Assembly (NCBI GenBank): GCA_035642535.1
Contig: DASQSE010000016.1
Span: 17,329 to 81,328 of the forward strand
Reading direction: 5' to 3'
From: Jatrophihabitans sp.
Lineage (GTDB): Bacteria; Actinomycetota; Actinomycetes; Mycobacteriales; Jatrophihabitantaceae
DNA: 64,000 bases
Shown here piece after piece: positions 28,033 through 36,363 of this stretch (within the stretch, counting starts at the first letter, position 1; every line of letters begins with the position of its first letter). The notes under the pieces were generated by a model that did not search any database, was not told the DNA's origin, and was given only the letters and a program-made list of their open reading frames with translations. The position numbers and the translations under genes are program-made.

Positions 28033-29598
28033 CTACAAATCGAGAGCGTCGAGCAGGCCGTTGCGCAGCGCGAACAACGTCGCAATCGAGCGCGAGGACG
28101 CGCCCGTCTTTGCGTAGATGCGTTCGATGTGGGTACCGGCCGTCTTCCGGGATATGCCCAACTGCCGCGCCACGTCGTTCGTGGTCGCGCCGCGCGCAAT
28201 GAGCAGCAGCACCTCGACCTCGCGAGCGGTCAGGCCCGCCGGGCCGGCGACCCGGCGGCGCGTGCCGGCGCCTGCCGCGGTCAACACTGCGTCCGCCGCG
28301 CCGGGATCCAGCCGCCCCGCGCGTACCTCACCGCGCAGCGTGGCCGCGGCCTGGCGCGCGGTCATGGCACCGCGGTACGCCCGCGGCTCGGTCATGGCGC
28401 GGAACGCGCAGGCCGCGGCGAGAATGCGACCGGGCATCGGCATCGCCGGACCGCTGACGGCGCGGTGGTAGCCGCTGCCATCCGTTCGCTCGTGCGCGAA
28501 AGCGGCGATCGTGCCGATGCGCGCCAGGGCGGCCGGCCGGGCCAGGACACGTTCGGTGTAGTAGGAGCTGAGCCGCACCCGCTCCCACTCCGTCGGCGAC
28601 AACGGGCCGGGTTTGTCGAGCACGGTCACCGGCACGCCGTGCAGCCCGATGTCGTGCATCAACCCGGCTCGACGCGTGGCGACGACATCATCGGCCGGCA
28701 GCCGCAGCGTCCCGGCAGCCGACCCGGCGAGCTCGGCGACGCCGCGCGAGTGGCCGGCGCGTGAGGCAGAGCGCAGGTCGGTGAAGTCGGCCAACGCCTC
28801 GAGCGCCTGGTCGAACTGCGCGTCGGACAGCCCGCCGGCGAGTCCCGGCTCGGCTGCGATCAGCTCGTGCGCATCGGCTGCGGCGGGATCGCCGGCCAAT
28901 ACCGCAGCCGCGGTCGCGCAGAACGTGTCGACCAAGCGTGGGTCGAACTGCGTACCACGGCGAGCGCGCGCCGCCTGCACCGCGCCGTCGACGCCGCTGT
29001 TTCGGTGGTACACCTCGACGACATCGGCAAGATGGAACAACCGCACCGGCAGCGCAAGATCTTCGCCACGGACGTCCGGCGGCACGCCTCGCCCGTTCCA
29101 GCGGGCAAAGAACTGACGCAGCGCGGTCGCCACCTCGGCGTCGAGGCCGAGCCGGTCGGACAGTGCCGAGGTCGCGAGGCAATGGCTCTGAATCCCGCGC
29201 GCCACCCCGCTGCCGCCGGTCGCCACCAGCGTCGCCGCTGCCCGGACCCGCCGGGCCAACGACCCGCCCGCGCCCGCATGGCCCAGGAAGAACCCGAACG
29301 CCGAAAGGCCTGCCAGATCGACGTCGTAGCTGTCTGCCCGAAATGCGATGTCGTCGCCGAACAGCGCAGCCACTTCCGGTCCGTCGGCGACGCAGCCCAC
29401 CCAAGCGAGCATCGCGACGTAGAACAGCGACGGCCGCTGATCGTCCGGCATCCCGACCTGCGCCCCCAACCGCGACGCGATCTGCCAGGACCTGAGCATG
29501 TGCTCCATCGGCTGACCGAGCCCGAGATCGGTCGCCAGCGAAAAAGCCGCCAACAGCTCGGCCAGCGTGACCCCCGAATCCCCCTGGCGATGACCCAC
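28033..29598 (-). CDS. HD-domain (HD-GYP-like) protein with C-terminal LuxR HTH
   Basis: GHSRGVA, AGLMHDIG, HERTDGSGY; LTAREVEVLLLIARG...IYAKTG (LuxR HTH). Confidence 0.88.
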   Translation of the reverse strand: MGHRQGDSGVTLAELLAAFSLATDLGLGQPMEHMLRSWQIASRLGAQVGMPDDQRPSLFYVAMLAWVGCVADGPEVAALFGDDIAFRADSYDVDLAGLSAFGFFLGHAGAGGSLARRVRAAATLVATGGSGVARGIQSHCLATSALSDRLGLDAEVATALRQFFARWNGRGVPPDVRGEDLALPVRLFHLADVVEVYHRNSGVDGAVQAARARRGTQFDPRLVDTFCATAAAVLAGDPAAADAHELIAAEPGLAGGLSDAQFDQALEALADFTDLRSASRAGHSRGVAELAGSAAGTLRLPADDVVATRRAGLMHDIGLHGVPVTVLDKPGPLSPTEWERVRLSSYYTERVLARPAALARIGTIAAFAHERTDGSGYHRAVSGPAMPMPGRILAAACAFRAMTEPRAYRGAMTARQAAATLRGEVRAGRLDPGAADAVLTAAGAGTRRRVAGPAGLTAREVEVLLLIARGATTNDVARQLGISRKTAGTHIERIYAKTGASSRSIATLFALRNGLLDALDL

Positions 29599-29701
29599 CT
29601 GCGCAGATTACGTCGAACTGCTCAGGCGCATTGGTGCCACTACTGGCCGCGGCGATCTACCTTTAGGGACAGGATGGCTGCGTCCGGAGGGGAACCGTGT
29701 C

Positions 29702-29890
29702 ATGAACAGGGTGTTGGCACTGCCGCGGACGCTCTTGCGTCCGGTAATGAGCCCGATTCGCAAATTGCGAGGCAACGCCGCCGAGCGTGGCTACCTCGCG
29801 CTGCGCCACCAGGAAGGCTCCGGCGAGGTTCCGCCGCCGGACCGCGACCGCATCCACACCGACCGCAGGGGACATCCGTTCGGGCTCTAG
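29702..29890 (+). CDS. Small hypothetical protein
   Basis: 62-aa ORF preceded by GGAGG; divergent from the HD-LuxR gene. Confidence 0.35.
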   Translation: MNRVLALPRTLLRPVMSPIRKLRGNAAERGYLALRHQEGSGEVPPPDRDRIHTDRRGHPFGL

Positions 29891-29916
29891 CAGGACGCGC
29901 GGCAGACTGAGACCCC

Positions 29917-30702
29917 GTGTCACCTAGTTCGGTCCTGTCGGCGCAGATCAACGGACGGGAACCCGCCGCCGACGAACTGTTGCACGCCGCGCTGGTGAAC
30001 TATGCCCATTTCAGCGTCATGCAGGTGCGAGACAGGAGTACGCGGGGCCTGGATCTACACCTGTCCCGGCTGGTGGCGGCGCATCGGGAGTTGTTCGACT
30101 CCGAACTCGACGGCGAGCACGTGCGCAGCTGCCTTCGCGACGCCATCCGCGAACACCCGGATTGCACGCTGCGTGTCACCTGTTTCGAGATCGACCGGGG
30201 CAGACCGCTCGTGCTCACCGTCGTGCGCCCGCCGCACGACAACACCGCACGCCCACAGTCGCTGACCACTGTGGAGTACACACGCCCGCTCGCCCATGTG
30301 AAGCATGTCGGCATGTTCGCCCAGATCCACTTCGGCAACGCGGCCGAGCATGCCGGGTTCGACGATGCGGTGCTCATTACGCCGGACGGTCGGATCGCCG
30401 AGACGACCATCGGCAACCTCGGCTTCGTGGCCGCCGACGCGACCATCGTGTGGCCGGACGCCCCACAACTGTCCGGCATCACCCGTCAGTTGCTCGATCT
30501 CGAACTCGAGCGGCTCGGCCGCGACGTCGTCGCGCGCCCGATCACTCCGGACACGCTCGCCGGGTACGCCGAAGCGTTCGTCACCAATTCGACCGGCGTG
30601 GCTGCCGTCGCCCGGATCGGCGACCATGCCTTCACCGCGGACGGTTCTGGCACGCACTGGCTAAGCGAGCGCTACGAGTCGATACCGTCGGACGCGATCT
30701 GA
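29917..30702 (+). CDS. Aminotransferase class IV (PabC/BCAT/DAAT-like)
   Basis: GLDLHLSRL, HVKHVG, AETTIGN, LSGITR, FVTNS. Confidence 0.85.
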   Translation: MSPSSVLSAQINGREPAADELLHAALVNYAHFSVMQVRDRSTRGLDLHLSRLVAAHRELFDSELDGEHVRSCLRDAIREHPDCTLRVTCFEIDRGRPLVLTVVRPPHDNTARPQSLTTVEYTRPLAHVKHVGMFAQIHFGNAAEHAGFDDAVLITPDGRIAETTIGNLGFVAADATIVWPDAPQLSGITRQLLDLELERLGRDVVARPITPDTLAGYAEAFVTNSTGVAAVARIGDHAFTADGSGTHWLSERYESIPSDAI

Positions 30703-30717
30703 GCCGGGCGGCACTAG

Positions 30718-32121
30718 CTAGCGGGGATAGGGCTTCAGGATCAGCGGCCGGCGCGGGCGCTGGGCGAAGTTGAAGGCGTGGCGCAGATCGCCGAGCACCC
30801 GGTCGTTCTCTCGGACGTTCGGTCGTGGGTCGGGTCGGCCGTCGCTGAGCGGGTTGATGCGTTGGCCGTTGAGGAAGTCATCCTCGATGAACTTCACGTA
30901 CGCATCGTGGCTGAGCGTTTGGTGATCGACGTAGCCGCGCCGCGCGTAGGGACTGATCAAGAGGCCCGGCACCCGGAGCCCGTAACCGTTGCGATCCGTG
31001 TTCGGCGGGCGCACATGGTCGTACATGCCGCCCCAGTCGTCCCAACTGATGAAGATCGCGGAGGATCGCCACTGCGGGCTGTGCATGACGGCGTTGACCA
31101 ACCGCGTGACGTAGGCCTGCCCTTTGGAAACCAGGAACTGCGGGTGCTCGCTGTACGGAGCGCTCGGCACGATCCACGTGACCGCGGGCAATTTGCCGAG
31201 CTTCGCGGCGCCGAAGAAGTAGCCCAGCGGTTTGATGTTGCCGCGCTGCCCGTCACGATTGACCGTGCCGAAACCCGGCAACGGATTCCACGGGCCCGGC
31301 TTGACGGCGTCCTGCGGGGTTCGCTGGCACGTGCGCTCCGACGCGTCACGACAGTCCGGCTCGAAGCCCGGTTGCACGTAGTACCGCCAGGAGACGTGCT
31401 GCTGGTGCAGCAGGTACGTCAGGTCGGTCCAGGCGTACTTCCGGCGACTGTTGCGGAGGTGTCCGAGCGAGTTGACACACGTGTTGGGCAGGAACCGGTC
31501 GGCGCACCTGGCCGACCACTCGGAGACCATGAACAGGTGCTCCGGCAGGCTCCACGACCGGGAGGACGCGAACATCCGGTCCTGCAGGACGTACCTTCTC
31601 GCGTAGGTCCAGTAGTTCGGAATGCTGCGCGCGTCGTGGTGGCCCATGACGTCCCGGGCCCGCTCCGGCGTGTGGCCCGTCTCGGCTTGCGCGATGAAGC
31701 CGTTCATTCGGCCGCCGTTGATGTCGGCGGTGGCCGCATCGTTGTCGTGCGGCCCGCCGTGGTTCCGGTCGGAGTTGTCGACAAACGGCCTGACGCACCT
31801 GTGCCGTTTCGGGTCCGGCACGCACACCGTTGGTACGCCATTCCTCCTCGGGATGCCGTTGGCGCCGGGGAAGGTGCCGAAGTAGCTGTCGAACGAACGG
31901 TTCTCCTGCATGATGATGATCACGTGCCGGATCTTGTGAATCCCGCGCAGCGCGCTCGTCAACTGCTGCGTGACGCGGTCGGACGCCGGCGACGATCGTG
32001 CTGTCCCGGACATCGGCAGCAGGGCACCCACCAGGAGTGACCCAGCGGCCACCGCGGCGATGCACGACAGGCGAAGCACGGCGGCCCGGCGGCGCCGCAC
32101 GCCGGCTCCCGACAGCACCAT
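30718..32121 (-). CDS. Secreted phosphoesterase (phospholipase C / AcpA family)
   Basis: IRHVIIIMQENRSFDSYFG, YVLQDRMF, FISWDDWGGMYDHV, YGLRVPGLLISPYARRGYVDH; Arg-rich signal peptide. Confidence 0.9.
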   Translation of the reverse strand: MVLSGAGVRRRRAAVLRLSCIAAVAAGSLLVGALLPMSGTARSSPASDRVTQQLTSALRGIHKIRHVIIIMQENRSFDSYFGTFPGANGIPRRNGVPTVCVPDPKRHRCVRPFVDNSDRNHGGPHDNDAATADINGGRMNGFIAQAETGHTPERARDVMGHHDARSIPNYWTYARRYVLQDRMFASSRSWSLPEHLFMVSEWSARCADRFLPNTCVNSLGHLRNSRRKYAWTDLTYLLHQQHVSWRYYVQPGFEPDCRDASERTCQRTPQDAVKPGPWNPLPGFGTVNRDGQRGNIKPLGYFFGAAKLGKLPAVTWIVPSAPYSEHPQFLVSKGQAYVTRLVNAVMHSPQWRSSAIFISWDDWGGMYDHVRPPNTDRNGYGLRVPGLLISPYARRGYVDHQTLSHDAYVKFIEDDFLNGQRINPLSDGRPDPRPNVRENDRVLGDLRHAFNFAQRPRRPLILKPYPR

Positions 32122-32225
32122 CTCTCCCCTATGGCATGTGACGCCGGCACGTAGGTCGCCCGGTCCACCGCGATGTTCCGCGTCGGCCGGCGCACCGGTA
32201 AGGGTCGTTCGGCCCGAGCAACAAC

Positions 32226-33338
32226 CTAGCGCTCCTCAACCAGGCCGAGGTACATCAACTGCGGGTTGGCGGGATTGAACACGATCGAGCTGACGTCGTC
32301 GTAAGAGTTGTGGTTCACGGTGATCCGCTGCGTCGCAGCGTTGTACTTGTAGATGTCCGTGCCGTACCCGCCGAACGACGTGCCGAAGTCGAAGTACAGG
32401 ACGTCGGCGTCGGCTGGGCTCGGCCACAGGGGCGTGCCGTTGAACAGCGTCACCTGATTGCCGTCGAGCACCGACACGAAGGACAGCCCGCCGTCCCGGG
32501 ACAGCCAGATCTGCCGGGCCCCGTTGCCGCTCTGGGTGAGGTCATAGCCCTCGGCCCACACCGTCTCCGGGTCGGCCGGCGACACCGCGACGGAGAAACC
32601 GTTCGCTCGGCCCGGGACGCCGAACCCGGCCGATGCCTGCCACGTCATGCCGCCGTCGAAGCTGACCCAGGTGCCGTGCGACAGCGTGCCGACCACCACG
32701 TGACTGAGGTTGGCGGGGTCGATCGCCGCGTCGTAGGCGAACCGCCCGGTCCCCCCGGCAGGCGTGCCGGTCGCCGTCCACGCGGCGCCTCCGTCGGAGG
32801 ACTCGAACACCTGCCCGGTCTTGTCGACCGCCACCAGGTGATCCGGGTCGGTCGGATCGACGGCGAAGCCGGCCGACCCGTCACCGAGCACCGGACCGGA
32901 CACCTCGGTGACATCGGTGCCACTCACCCGGTAGATGGGCTGGTTGTTGATCCCGTAGATGTACGCGACGTCGCCCGCGGCGGCCACGTCGTACTGCGCC
33001 AGGAAGCCTGGGGCGGCCAGCTCCTGCCACGTGCAGCCGGCGTCGGTGGAGCGCAGGATGCTTTGCGACGTCGCGGCGAGGAGGGTGTTCGTCTCGGCCA
33101 AGGCCGCGACGTGGGTGTAGGTGACGGGGACCGGGTGCGGCGCCTTCGCCAACTCCGCGCCGTCCGACCAGGTGAACGACACGGGCGCGCCGACGACGTC
33201 GCCGCAGCGCGGCACGTGCCACTCGGTGCTGGCGGCCGACGCCGGCGCGATCGCGACGGCGGACGCTGCCAACACGGCCAACGGGGTCAGGACGGCGACC
33301 AGGCGGGCGCGCCGCGACAGAGGGATCAACGGGCTCAT
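32226..33338 (-). CDS. Secreted beta-propeller, dispase autolysis-inducing protein (DAIP)-like
   Basis: Signal peptide; repeated S.D.G.TW (BNR) boxes; WHVPRC, RSTDAGCTW, LYFDFGTSFGGYGTDIYKY and IVFNPANPQLMYLGL segments resemble Streptomyces DAIP as I recall it. Confidence 0.75.
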   Translation of the reverse strand: MSPLIPLSRRARLVAVLTPLAVLAASAVAIAPASAASTEWHVPRCGDVVGAPVSFTWSDGAELAKAPHPVPVTYTHVAALAETNTLLAATSQSILRSTDAGCTWQELAAPGFLAQYDVAAAGDVAYIYGINNQPIYRVSGTDVTEVSGPVLGDGSAGFAVDPTDPDHLVAVDKTGQVFESSDGGAAWTATGTPAGGTGRFAYDAAIDPANLSHVVVGTLSHGTWVSFDGGMTWQASAGFGVPGRANGFSVAVSPADPETVWAEGYDLTQSGNGARQIWLSRDGGLSFVSVLDGNQVTLFNGTPLWPSPADADVLYFDFGTSFGGYGTDIYKYNAATQRITVNHNSYDDVSSIVFNPANPQLMYLGLVEER

Positions 33339-33400
33339 AACGCCATATATATGGGCTATTCGGCACGCCTCGCCAGAGCCTACGGTGGCAGATCCAGGCC

Positions 33401-34405
33401 ATGGCCGATGTCGGCCGTCACGATCTCGGGTGGAGGTTCGCACCGTTGCTGCAACCGCTCGGCATGTCCCAGCTCGACGAGGAAGTGTTCGTCGCGCTCG
33501 TCATGCGACCGCACCAGTCCGTCGTCGACCTCACCCGCGAACTCGGCCTGCGCTCCACTGCGGTGAGTGCCGCCGTCCACCGGTTGGAGGAACTCGGCTT
33601 CCTGAGCCGGCTCGCGGGATCGCCGGCCCGGCTCGTCGCCACCCGCCCGGACGTCGCGGTCAGTGCGCTGATCGAGCGGCGCACGACCGAGTTCGCCGAG
33701 GCTCGGCTGGCCGCCGAGGAGCTGACCCGGCGCACGTCGGGTGAGCAGCGGACCAGTCCAGATCAGCTCGTCGAGATCGTGCTCGGCCGTGACGCGGTTG
33801 GCGCACGGTTCGTCCAACTGGCGCACTCCGTGCAGGAGGAGATGCTGGTGCTGGATCGCCCACCGTACGTGCAGGCGGCCTCGCAACCCAACGTTTCGGA
33901 AGACGCGTTATTGGGCCGCGGCGGCCGGGTGCGCGGGATCTACGCTCCGGAGGCCTTCGAGCAGCCCGGCGCGCTCGAGCAGGCGCTGGCCGCGATGGCA
34001 CACGGCGAGCAGGCGAGGGTGCACACCGACGTGCCGCTGAAGCTGGCCGTCGGCGATCGCGCCGTTGCCTTGCTGCCGCTGGCGACAGACGGCGTCGTCG
34101 ATTCGGCCGTCGTCATCCATGCCCCGATGGCGGTGGCTGCGCTCGTCCGGTTGTTCGAACTGCTGTGGGATCAAGCGTGCCCGCTGCCGCAGTGGGAACG
34201 CGGCAAGCCGGCGTCCCCGGCCGGCGAACTCGATGTCGAACTGCTCGTGCTCCTGGCGACCGGCATGAAGGACGAAGCCATCGCGCGGGAACTCGGCATC
34301 AGCCTGCGCACGCTGGGTCGACGGATGGCAACGCTGCTCGAGCGGCTGGGCGCGCGGACGCGTTTCCAGGCCGGGATGCAGGCCGCGCGCAACCGGCTGG
34401 CCTGA
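33401..34405 (+). CDS. TrmB-N / LuxR-C transcriptional regulator
   Basis: N-terminal HTH (VHRLEELG), central PLD-like domain (VPLKLAVGD), C-terminal GMKDEAIARELGISLRTL...TRFQAG. Confidence 0.85.
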   Translation: MADVGRHDLGWRFAPLLQPLGMSQLDEEVFVALVMRPHQSVVDLTRELGLRSTAVSAAVHRLEELGFLSRLAGSPARLVATRPDVAVSALIERRTTEFAEARLAAEELTRRTSGEQRTSPDQLVEIVLGRDAVGARFVQLAHSVQEEMLVLDRPPYVQAASQPNVSEDALLGRGGRVRGIYAPEAFEQPGALEQALAAMAHGEQARVHTDVPLKLAVGDRAVALLPLATDGVVDSAVVIHAPMAVAALVRLFELLWDQACPLPQWERGKPASPAGELDVELLVLLATGMKDEAIARELGISLRTLGRRMATLLERLGARTRFQAGMQAARNRLA

Positions 34406-34435
34406 CCGTCGCACGGCGTGGATGCGGGCTCCGAG

Positions 34436-35098
34436 TTACCCGCCGAGTCGGCTCCGGTCGAGGTTCCTGAGCAGGTCCGCGGGGTCGTCCCACACCTCGA
34501 GCGCGCCGGCCTCCTGAAGTTCCGCGGCGCTCGCGGCGCCGCACGCGACGCCGACGAACCGAACGCCGGCCTTCTCGGCCGCGATCGCGTCCCACACCGC
34601 GTCTCCCACGAACACCGCGTCGGCGGGCTCCGCGGCTGCCTTCTCGAGCGCGACGTGGATCAGGTCGGCCGCCGGTTTCGCCGCGTCCACGTCCGCTGCG
34701 CCGGTCACGGCGTGCAGGACCTCCTCGACGTCGAGAATCCTGCGCAACATCGCAAGTTCGTCTGGTTGGGCTGACGAGGCGAGCACCACTCGGGCCCCGC
34801 GATCGGCACAGGCCCGGACCAGGTCGACGGCGCCCGGCAGCGGCAACAGTCGTTCCCAGTGCTGCCGGTACAGAATGCGGTGCGCGCCGCTGATCGCATC
34901 GTCCTGATCGCGATCGCGGTCGTCGCCGAGCAGGTGCTCGAGCAGTTCGGACGAACCCATTCCGATCGCGCGGTGCACAACGGCCATCGGAACGCGCTGG
35001 TCGTGCGCGCGCAGTGCATCGTGCCAGCACAGCGCGTGGACGACCGTCGTGTCGACGAGCGTGCCGTCGAGGTCGAACAACGTCGTAAGAGGAGCCAC
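34436..35098 (-). CDS. HAD family hydrolase
   Basis: FDLDGTLVDT, KP, FVGDAVWD. Confidence 0.9.
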   Translation of the reverse strand: MAPLTTLFDLDGTLVDTTVVHALCWHDALRAHDQRVPMAVVHRAIGMGSSELLEHLLGDDRDRDQDDAISGAHRILYRQHWERLLPLPGAVDLVRACADRGARVVLASSAQPDELAMLRRILDVEEVLHAVTGAADVDAAKPAADLIHVALEKAAAEPADAVFVGDAVWDAIAAEKAGVRFVGVACGAASAAELQEAGALEVWDDPADLLRNLDRSRLGG

Positions 35099-35145
35099 GG
35101 GAATGGCTTACCCGTTTGCCGCAGCAGCCGACCTGCACTAGCCGA

Positions 35146-35472
35146 TCAGCAGGTCGGCCGGGTGCCGTTGGCGCGCCGGCCACCGCGCGGGGCGATGCGC
35201 ATGGCGACGGTGACCGTGTCGCCATCGCCGAACCGCTCACGCTTGCGCACGGCGATCTTGACGGGCAGGAGATAGCCGCCGTCCTTGGGCACCAGCGAGG
35301 TCTCCCATTCGGTGCCGCCGATGCGCGCGCGCACCGGGATCGCGCCCCAGCCGTACGACGCCTCGGCCGCCTCGGCGCGTACGAAGTCGCAGGTGTCCGC
35401 GGGCAGCGCCAACCAGTAGAAGGGCGCCGGCCCGCGCCATTCGAACAAGGTGCCGGTGAACTCCCCGTCCAC
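35146..35472 (-). CDS. DUF1905 domain protein
   Basis: GWGAIPVRARIGGTEWETSL.PKDGGYLLPVKIAVRK. Confidence 0.85.
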   Translation of the reverse strand: MDGEFTGTLFEWRGPAPFYWLALPADTCDFVRAEAAEASYGWGAIPVRARIGGTEWETSLVPKDGGYLLPVKIAVRKRERFGDGDTVTVAMRIAPRGGRRANGTRPTC

Positions 35473-35481
35473 CCGATGAGA

Positions 35482-36210
35482 TTAGCTCTCCGCAGCAGGC
35501 GCTGTGCCGGCTTCGACCGGCGGCTGAAAGGTGCCCACGCAGGCCTTGTTGCCGTCGGGGTCGGCCAGGATGGTCGTCCATGGCGACCTGCTGTCGTCGA
35601 CGATCACCGCACCGGCAGCCACCGCGGCGGCAACGCGTTGCTCCGCGACGTCGTAGGGCACCTGCACGTCGATGTGGAAACGCTGACGCGGTGTCGGGTG
35701 CGGGTCGGTCTCTTGGAACCACAGGATCGGCACCCGGCCGGTGGCGTCGCGGACGTCGTCGCTGATCGTGCCCCGTCCTTGGGCCTCGGCGCCGCCGGTC
35801 AGCAGGGCGGACCACACCGGCGCGAGGGCGGCGTTGTTCGCGGTGTCGAGCGCCAGTTCGATCGCGGTGATGGATTGCGGATCGGCGGCGAGCGACTGCT
35901 CGGCGGCGATCTCGCTGATTCGTCGGGCGAGGTCGAGATCCTGTTGGGTGACCCACTCGACCTGATGCTCGGTGCCCGCGTCGTCGCGGTAGATAGCGTC
36001 CTGGCTGATCAGCTTCAGATCGACGTGCCCGCTGCCCGTCCGAACCTGGAGATGATCTCCGACCGCCGGAGCGTCGTCGCCGATGGCGGCGAGGAAACGC
36101 ACGGCGGCGGCAAAGTCGTCGACTCCGAATCGGGCGTGCAGGCCCTGTCCGAGCTTGCGCCAGTCCGTGAGGTTGGCCGCGCTGATCTGCGTTCCGCTGA
36201 GCATGTCCAT
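35482..36210 (-). CDS. Pterin-4a-carbinolamine dehydratase-like / VOC (glyoxalase) fusion protein
   Basis: LTDWRKLGQGLHARF...VTQQDLDLARRISEIA, then LWFQETD..QRFHIDV..WTTILADPDGNKAC. Confidence 0.8.
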   Translation of the reverse strand: MDMLSGTQISAANLTDWRKLGQGLHARFGVDDFAAAVRFLAAIGDDAPAVGDHLQVRTGSGHVDLKLISQDAIYRDDAGTEHQVEWVTQQDLDLARRISEIAAEQSLAADPQSITAIELALDTANNAALAPVWSALLTGGAEAQGRGTISDDVRDATGRVPILWFQETDPHPTPRQRFHIDVQVPYDVAEQRVAAAVAAGAVIVDDSRSPWTTILADPDGNKACVGTFQPPVEAGTAPAAES

Positions 36211-36363
36211 GGCGCACTCCCCTGGCTCGGTTGATCGACCGACGCTACGGCGGGTTGCGGACGAAATCCGTCCGGTACCCTCTGAGCTCCCACATGACCT
36301 TTGGCCCCTTGTATCGCCGGGCGCCGCGTTGTGTCGTGATCGTGAGGACATTCGGGGGAAATC

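Noticed and set aside
29660-29680. TTAGGGAC as a DosR box
   Set aside because: Half-site only; the second arm is absent.
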